The notes below the pieces were generated by a model. It was not told the origin of the DNA. It was given only the letters and a program-made list of their open reading frames with translations, and searched no databases. Source: a virus. Taken from it: a stretch of 64,000 nucleotides of DNA. Below are positions 58,576 to 64,000 of the stretch, in pieces. Made by a program: the position numbers and the translations under genes. The stretch is taken from IMG/VR virus record IMGVR_UViG_3300025280_000023, positions 1 to 64,000 of that record, one strand, 5' to 3'. Every line of letters begins with the position of its first letter. The stretch's first letter is position 1.

Positions 58576-58934
58576 TACAGTATCCCTCCTAATCCGGTAT
58601 ACTTCTTCTTCTTTTTATAGAAGTCTTTAAATTTAATTTTAACGATGTTGTCAATGTTCACTATTCTTCTATGTAGTTCAGTTAAATACTTTTTTGGATG
58701 CTCGCCTTCTAGCGGCAAATATTTAATTTTTATGCTACTAACGTTTCTCCTATCGGAAGAAGCGACAGATGGATTTAAACTACTCACAATAGTAATTCCA
58801 CGAAGACCTCGTATTTCTGTGAGAATATCCGAAATATTCCTGTCGGAAGCAGATGTCATGATTGCTTCAATAGAAACAACCTTGCCCTCAATAATTGAGA
58901 TGGCTTCCTTAACAATAGTACGTAGTTCTTCCAT
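58575..58934 (-). CDS. Hypothetical protein (ACT/ferredoxin-like alternating pattern)
   Basis: 119 aa. ILTEIRGLRGITIV motif. First gene of the leftward block. Confidence 0.7.
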   Translation of the reverse strand: MEELRTIVKEAISIIEGKVVSIEAIMTSASDRNISDILTEIRGLRGITIVSSLNPSVASSDRRNVSSIKIKYLPLEGEHPKKYLTELHRRIVNIDNIVKIKFKDFYKKKKKYTGLGGIL

Positions 58935-58938
58935 TTGT

Positions 58939-59012
58939 TATAATTAGTTTAGTGAACCACAAAAATATGTATAATGGTCAAGAATGAATTTATATCGGAG
59001 TCTCTAATTATA
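58939..59012. promoter_or_regulatory. Divergent control region with two outward-facing CTAATTATA motifs
   Basis: ACTAATTATA on the minus strand (58939-58948) lies 4 nt before the ATG at 58934. CTAATTATA on the plus strand (59004-59012) precedes RBS GAGG and the GTG of phoH. Confidence 0.5.
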
Positions 59013-59026
59013 AAAAGAGGGTTCAA

Positions 59027-60337
59027 GTGAGTAAAAAAATATATGTTTTAGATACAAGTGTTTACCTCACAGATGCAAATTCAGTCTACAGCTTTGGAAG
59101 GAACGACATAGTTGTACCTCTAAAAGTACTAGAAGAAATTGATAAGCATAAAAAGCGTCAAGATGGGGTTGGTGCAAACGCAAGATCAATCATACGAATA
59201 CTAGACAAACTTCGCTCTAAGGGAAATTTAAACCAGGGCGTCAGGGTAGAAAAGTACAAAGGCATGATTTATGCCAAAAATTATGATCCTGGCGTACTGC
59301 CTTCTGGTTTTGATATTAGTAATCCCGATAACGAAATCATTGCAACGGCACTCACAGAGAAGAGGAATAACCCGAAGAAAGAAATTGTTGTTGTCTCCAG
59401 GGACATAAACATGAGAGTCAAGTGCGATGCGCTCCAAGTAAAGACTCATGATTTTATTTCTGACGAGATTATTTCAAACACAGATGATTTATTTACGGGG
59501 ATGGCAACGCATCTAGTAGATGAACAAGTCGTAGATATGTTTTACGCGGGCGAAGATGTGTTTATCTCTGCGGAAGAAGCGAAGCTTCATCCCAATCAAT
59601 TTGTGATGTTGATATCAAATTCTAATGAGAAAAAGACTGCTCTTGCAAGATTCAACCACCATTCAGAACCCCTTAAAAAAATAGTGGAGTTCAAGAATGG
59701 ATTGTGGGGAATAAGACCTAGAAATAAAGAGCAGGCATTTGCCGCTAATTTACTCATGGATGAGTCGGTTCCAATAGTAACAATTGTGGGCAAGGCTGGG
59801 ACCGGGAAAACGTTATATGCCTTAAGTGCGGCGCTAGAACAGGTAGTAGAGAGCCAAAAATATACTAAAATTCTTGTCTCTAGGCCAGTGCAACCGATGG
59901 GTAAAGACATAGGGTTCCTCCCGGGGGATATAAAAGAAAAACTATTGCCATGGTTAATGCCGGTGCAAGATAATCTTCAATTTTTGATGGGTAACGACAA
60001 AACAACCCTAGAAATGTATATGGAGAACGGTACAATAGAGATTGAAGCCTTATCATACATTAGAGGCCGCTCTATTTCTAACGCCTTTATAATCATTGAT
60101 GAAACCCAAAACTTATCGAAGCACGAACTTAAAACAATCATTACCCGTGTTGGAGAGGGGACCAAGATTGTCTTGACCGGAGATATTGAACAAATCGACA
60201 GCATGTACCTGGACTCTACATCAAACGGGCTATCCCATGCGGTAGAAAGTTTTAAGGTATGCGATTTGTCCGGGCACGTAACACTATTGAAGGGAGAGCG
60301 GTCAAAGGTAGCAACTTTAGCCGCCAAGGTGCTGTGA
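59027..60337 (+). CDS. phoH: PhoH family ATPase with an N-terminal PIN domain (PhoH2-type)
   Basis: PIN motifs VLDTSV, DNEII and VSRDINMRVK. PhoH motifs GKAGTGKT, IGFLPG, YIRGRS, IIIDETQN and TGDIEQID. Confidence 0.93.
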   Translation: MSKKIYVLDTSVYLTDANSVYSFGRNDIVVPLKVLEEIDKHKKRQDGVGANARSIIRILDKLRSKGNLNQGVRVEKYKGMIYAKNYDPGVLPSGFDISNPDNEIIATALTEKRNNPKKEIVVVSRDINMRVKCDALQVKTHDFISDEIISNTDDLFTGMATHLVDEQVVDMFYAGEDVFISAEEAKLHPNQFVMLISNSNEKKTALARFNHHSEPLKKIVEFKNGLWGIRPRNKEQAFAANLLMDESVPIVTIVGKAGTGKTLYALSAALEQVVESQKYTKILVSRPVQPMGKDIGFLPGDIKEKLLPWLMPVQDNLQFLMGNDKTTLEMYMENGTIEIEALSYIRGRSISNAFIIIDETQNLSKHELKTIITRVGEGTKIVLTGDIEQIDSMYLDSTSNGLSHAVESFKVCDLSGHVTLLKGERSKVATLAAKVL

Positions 60338-60603
60338 TATCAAAAACAAAATACAAAACTATAGGACACGACAATTATGAGGTTATTGTTGTGGACAAAA
60401 AAGGGGAAGAAACCGTCATAGGGAGAGTTTTTAAAAAGCTTGGCGAGAATAAATGGAAATTTAAGCCATATTTTAAACTTGCGAAAGAACAAATAATGTA
60501 TATAATAAAAGAGCATCATAGTTTTGTAGAGGCGGGAAGAACCCTATCAAAGCTATGGGAAAATTCCCTATTCTTCAACTTCTTTGATGGAGAACTACTT
60601 TAA
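60334..60603 (+). CDS. Small hypothetical protein
   Basis: A GTG at 60334 overlapping the phoH stop (GTGA) is more plausible than the track start at 60259; 89 aa. Confidence 0.6.
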   Translation: MISKTKYKTIGHDNYEVIVVDKKGEETVIGRVFKKLGENKWKFKPYFKLAKEQIMYIIKEHHSFVEAGRTLSKLWENSLFFNFFDGELL

Positions 60604-62496
60604 ATGAAAAGGCTCCTACTTCTTTTTATTGTCCTGGTACCACTATACTCCTGTGCCGATAAAGTGACAGAGGGCGAAGACGGGGACATAGGGCTTACAC
60701 CTATTATCCCAATTTATGATCCGTCATTGATAATGAACATCAAGGCGATGACGCCGCACGAGTACCAGCAGGAGTGCATCAGGCGGGAATATTATTTTTG
60801 TGATCTAGACGCCAAGACAAAGATGGAAGTCGTAAAGGATATATGTTTCGATCCCCCCAAGATCCTAAGTGTCGGTGAGTGCGAAGAGTTTTTGGAATGC
60901 GATCCAACGCAATACCTAATAGGTACGATAGAATGCGTAACATGGGATGGATATCCAGGAACGCAGGACGAGGTTTGTGATAAAGGAACCATTAAGTATA
61001 CGGAATGTGTAAGTCTGTGCGAAGAAGAGATATGCGATGGGGAAGATAATGATTGTGATGACCAGATTGATGAAGGCCAGCTAAATGATTGTGGCCTGTG
61101 TGGGTTCTTGCCCGAAGAAGTATGCGATGGTGTGGACAATGATTGCGACGGCTCTACAGATGAAGACCTGCTTCAAGAATGTTTTACAGCGTGCGGAACG
61201 GGCGTAGAATATTGTATTGGTGGGAATTGGGTTTCGTGTACAGCCCCTCCCGTCCAGGTGGAAATATGCGATGGATTTGACAATGATTGTGATGGACAAA
61301 TTGATGAGGAACTCAACTGCGGATGTACCATCGGTCATGTGGGAGTTTTATTCCCCTGCAACGAGTCGCCCCTTATATGTGGTAAGGGGTATAAGACCTG
61401 TGAATGCCTTGACCCAGGATGTACGTCTTTATCGATGACAGATTGTATGGCCGCCTGTGTCTACTTTCCTGATCCCGATGAACCCTGTGATCCAACGGTT
61501 GGACAGCCTCTCAAAGAAGAGGAATGCAACAACTTTGATGATAATTGTAACGAGCTTATAGACGAAGACCTGTTCGGCCAATGCTATACAGGGGACCCCG
61601 CGACCCTATACGTAGGCATATGCGAACCTGGAATCATGACGTGTAAAGAGGGCACCTGGGGAGGGGTCCATGATGAAATACAAGAATTCATCCCTGGGTT
61701 CTGCGATGGTGAAATTGTACCACAAGAAGAAATATGTAATGGTGTTGATGACGACTGTGACGGCGTTACTGATTCAGGAGAGGAGTTAGACCCTGTTGAT
61801 ATCTTGTTTATTATCGATTGGTCCGGTTCTATGTATATTGAAATAAATGCCGTCATGACCGCCCTTAATAAGTTTGCTAGTAATTACATTGACGAAGAAG
61901 TCCTACAATGGGGTACTATCATTGGTCCACTGGACTCCCCTGCTAACTCCTCAGGTAAAGAATACCTTAAGCTTCATCATAACCTATCTGGGTTTACTGA
62001 TTTTATATCCGCAATGTCACAATTGAATTTAAACTCGTACACAATGATTGGTGCCCGCGAAATGATGTATGACGCAATATATTTAGCCATGCATAACTTG
62101 GTGGGTGCTTCTTCTTTGCCGGTTGCCATAGCAGATGTCGTATGGGATACAATAAAGGGCGTTACTGAGTCGTCTCCTCCTAAAGAAGACTTTGTTATCG
62201 ATTGGCGTACTGATTCAGACGTAGAAAGGGTTATCATTATCTTTACCGATGAAACTCCGCAATCTTACTTCTTACCCAAGATAACTCAATTGGATCTGTT
62301 GGATTTGATTTCTAAGACGTTTAATACTAAGATATATGTGTTTACAAAGGACTGGCATAAAGAAAACGGCATGTATAACGATGGCTGGGAGCCTATTTGT
62401 ATCGCTTCTGGAGGGAAATATTACGAGTTAACTTCTGATATGCTTACTATGTATAATAACCTTGTGGAGATCATTGATGAAAATGCCTGCAAGTAG
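60604..62496 (+). CDS. Lipoprotein with five Cys/Asp-rich metal-binding repeats and a C-terminal VWA domain
   Basis: Signal peptide MKRLLLLFIVLVPLYS-C with a lipobox-like Cys. Five E.C(D/N)G.D.DCDG..DE-type repeats. VWA MIDAS DILFIIDWSGSM and IIIFTDE. Confidence 0.85.
   Translation: MKRLLLLFIVLVPLYSCADKVTEGEDGDIGLTPIIPIYDPSLIMNIKAMTPHEYQQECIRREYYFCDLDAKTKMEVVKDICFDPPKILSVGECEEFLECDPTQYLIGTIECVTWDGYPGTQDEVCDKGTIKYTECVSLCEEEICDGEDNDCDDQIDEGQLNDCGLCGFLPEEVCDGVDNDCDGSTDEDLLQECFTACGTGVEYCIGGNWVSCTAPPVQVEICDGFDNDCDGQIDEELNCGCTIGHVGVLFPCNESPLICGKGYKTCECLDPGCTSLSMTDCMAACVYFPDPDEPCDPTVGQPLKEEECNNFDDNCNELIDEDLFGQCYTGDPATLYVGICEPGIMTCKEGTWGGVHDEIQEFIPGFCDGEIVPQEEICNGVDDDCDGVTDSGEELDPVDILFIIDWSGSMYIEINAVMTALNKFASNYIDEEVLQWGTIIGPLDSPANSSGKEYLKLHHNLSGFTDFISAMSQLNLNSYTMIGAREMMYDAIYLAMHNLVGASSLPVAIADVVWDTIKGVTESSPPKEDFVIDWRTDSDVERVIIIFTDETPQSYFLPKITQLDLLDLISKTFNTKIYVFTKDWHKENGMYNDGWEPICIASGGKYYELTSDMLTMYNNLVEIIDENACK
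61024..61779 (+). repeat. Five dispersed protein-level repeats (MopE-like putative metal-binding motif)
   Basis: EEICDGEDNDCDDQIDE, EEVCDGVDNDCDGSTDE, VEICDGFDNDCDGQIDE, EEECNNFDDNCNELIDE and EEICNGVDDDCDGVTDS. Confidence 0.85.
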
Positions 62497-62507
62497 GAGC
62501 GGTCTAA

Positions 62508-62675
62508 ATGGATTCGGAGAGCCTGATGTGCCTCATATGCGCAGATATAGCTAAGGGAAACATGAATTCTCTAGAGGCAAGAAGAAACCTTGGTGAAATA
62601 CATTCTTCAATGAAAAAAGAGCATATTTTGGAAGTCTTAAGAAAAATATGGGAACTAGAAGATGAAGAAGAATAA
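62508..62675 (+). CDS. Small CxxC protein (absent from the ORF track)
   Basis: MDSESLMCLICADIAKGNMNSLEARRNLGEIHSSMKKEHILEVLRKIWELEDEEE. Both ATG 62508 (AGGAG) and ATG 62526 (GGAG) have an RBS; it fills the gap. Confidence 0.75.
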   Translation: MDSESLMCLICADIAKGNMNSLEARRNLGEIHSSMKKEHILEVLRKIWELEDEEE

Positions 62676-63285
62676 GAGAGTGACTTGGGCCTGGACAGAG
62701 TTTTTAACTGAACTAGCTATGAGTCAGATTGGAGATCTTAAATCGGAGTGGTCTGTTATCGTCACTAAAGACAAGGACCAGTTCGACGAGACCTTTCAGA
62801 TTCTGATGGTCCAAGAAGATCCTAAATCTACTGCTATTAGCCTTCCACAAGGCAATTTTAATAAGGTGAAAGGGCAGGATGGGTCGTCTGCTCAAATAAT
62901 ACTTACTAAATACCATGAAGACACCGACTGTGATGCCTTTATTATCAATCAGGTAAGCGCCCCCAAGGGCTTTGGGCCCCTGCTGTATGATATTGCTCTG
63001 GAACTATCGGAGGACTCAGGGGCGATGCCGGATAGGATCTACGTAACAAAGGATGCCTATAAGGTGTGGGAGTACTATATGAATAGCAGGGTTGATGTTG
63101 AAACAAAACAACTAGAATACGGTGTATGCCCTTGGGAGCCAGGTGAATCAGACGAACACGGCTCTGACCATGACCTCTGGTACGATTCACCCCTTTCGAA
63201 AATTTATTATAAAAGAGACAGATCAGTAATAAAAAGTTTGACAGGGGCGAACAAGATGATATATAGAGTCGGAGACTTATTATAA
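62662..63285 (+). CDS. Hypothetical protein with a GNAT-like acetyl-CoA-binding motif
   Basis: VSAPKGFGPLLYDIALE resembles GNAT motif A (xGxG..L), and DRIYVTKDAYKVWEYY resembles motif B. The start is uncertain. Confidence 0.5.
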   Translation: MKKNKRVTWAWTEFLTELAMSQIGDLKSEWSVIVTKDKDQFDETFQILMVQEDPKSTAISLPQGNFNKVKGQDGSSAQIILTKYHEDTDCDAFIINQVSAPKGFGPLLYDIALELSEDSGAMPDRIYVTKDAYKVWEYYMNSRVDVETKQLEYGVCPWEPGESDEHGSDHDLWYDSPLSKIYYKRDRSVIKSLTGANKMIYRVGDLL

Positions 63286-63298
63286 TAAGGAGAATCCA

Positions 63299-63535
63299 AT
63301 GCAGCCCGAAATGAGACTCAATGTGAATTTAAAACAATGTAACAATGTAGCGTGTGACGAGTGTGAGAACACGTTCTTTAATACGGCATTCTTGATTAAA
63401 GAAGTGTCCCCGGTGGTTTCGCCCACTGGAGAAGAGATGCTCTTGCCGGTTCAAGTGTTTTCTTGTTTGTCTTGTGGACATATCAATGAAGGCTTCCTTG
63501 AGCACGTAGAGAACGCCAGCCCCGCTGCTGGGTAG
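63299..63535 (+). CDS. Small zinc-finger protein
   Basis: RBS AAGGAG; CDEC...SPTG...CLSCGH. Confidence 0.8.
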   Translation: MQPEMRLNVNLKQCNNVACDECENTFFNTAFLIKEVSPVVSPTGEEMLLPVQVFSCLSCGHINEGFLEHVENASPAAG

Positions 63536-63955
63536 ATGGATATTGTCAAAGACAAGGAATACCTAAAGAAGAAGTGCGATAAAGTAGAGCTTCAGCAGGG
63601 TATAAAAACAGGCAAAATCTTACTCGGTGTCCTTCAAAAGCACAAGAGTGGTATCGGTTTGGCTGCAAACCAAGTTGGAATCAATGAATCTGTCTGTGTT
63701 GTAAACGTGACAAGCCCCTTGATTCTGGTGAACCCTGGGATTACGGGCGAGTTTGGCAGCATAGTGACCGCCGAACGATGCCTTTCCTTCCCGGGTGAGT
63801 TTGTAATCACCAAAAGGCCCATGAGCATAGTCGTTGAGTGTGACTATAATGGAACAAAGAGATTTGATTCTAGAGAGGATTTGTTAGAACTCGTTTGTGT
63901 TTGCCATGAAATAGATCACTTGAACGGCATTACTATGCACGAAAGAAAAAAATAA
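63536..63955 (+). CDS. def: Peptide deformylase (short, phage-type)
   Basis: Motif 1 GIGLAANQ, motif 2 variant ERCLS, motif 3 HEIDHLNG; 139 aa. Confidence 0.92.
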   Translation: MDIVKDKEYLKKKCDKVELQQGIKTGKILLGVLQKHKSGIGLAANQVGINESVCVVNVTSPLILVNPGITGEFGSIVTAERCLSFPGEFVITKRPMSIVVECDYNGTKRFDSREDLLELVCVCHEIDHLNGITMHERKK

Positions 63956-64000
63956 CTTTTCTCTTGACTTTTAAAAATGCGTCCCCATTTTATCTTTATC

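Noticed and set aside
125-58947. Numerous 60-160 aa plus-strand and alternative-frame ORFs in the track (e.g. 1526-1927, 24625-25068, 26660-27142, 38234-38647, 54020-54418)
   Set aside because: They are antisense or frame shadows of long, motif-bearing minus-strand genes, with S/F/L-rich composition and no RBS.
59228-63828. Short minus-strand ORFs opposite phoH, the VWA lipoprotein and def
   Set aside because: Antisense shadows of well-supported plus-strand genes.
63964-63996. Sigma70-like promoter starting at TTGACT
   Set aside because: No acceptable -10 hexamer at 16-18 bp spacing, and the downstream context is cut off by the window end.
1-64000. tRNA, rRNA, IS elements, introns or inteins, diversity-generating retroelement
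   Set aside because: Intergenic gaps are short with no cloverleaf seen. No transposase, homing endonuclease, intein or reverse transcriptase motif and no template/variable repeat pair was recognised by eye.

Overview
This 64 kb window is densely coded and reads in the standard genetic code. It looks like part of a large (probably jumbo) tailed phage with a contractile tail, not a cellular chromosome. Positions 1-58934 are almost all on the minus strand and fall into four blocks. (i) About 32 kb of virion genes: a T4 gp6-like baseplate wedge, a gp25/gpW-like protein, a probable spike, a 2859-aa LamG-containing baseplate protein and several large orphans. (ii) A T4 gp55-like late sigma factor with small neighbours. 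(iii) A tightly coupled ~20 kb glycan cluster: NeuA, NeuB, a sialyltransferase/Maf-like protein, GDP-mannose 3,5-epimerase, two nucleotide-sugar dehydrogenases, about 7 glycosyltransferase genes, 6 methyltransferases and an embedded NadE. (iv) A Cas4-like nuclease, an HEXXH protein, an HTH protein beside a palindromic-repeat/AT-rich spacer, and small acidic proteins that may be head-associated. From 59027 the plus strand carries PIN-PhoH, a myxobacterial-style Cys/Asp-repeat plus VWA lipoprotein, a GNAT-like protein, a zinc-finger protein and a peptide deformylase. The leading hypothesis is a self-contained virion glycosylation system using methylated, nonulosonic-acid-containing glycans, with a candidate acceptor motif [S/T]-[G/A/S]-S enriched in specific baseplate/tail proteins. 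No tRNA, rRNA, CRISPR array or IS element was seen. All family calls come from motif recognition by eye; no searches were run.
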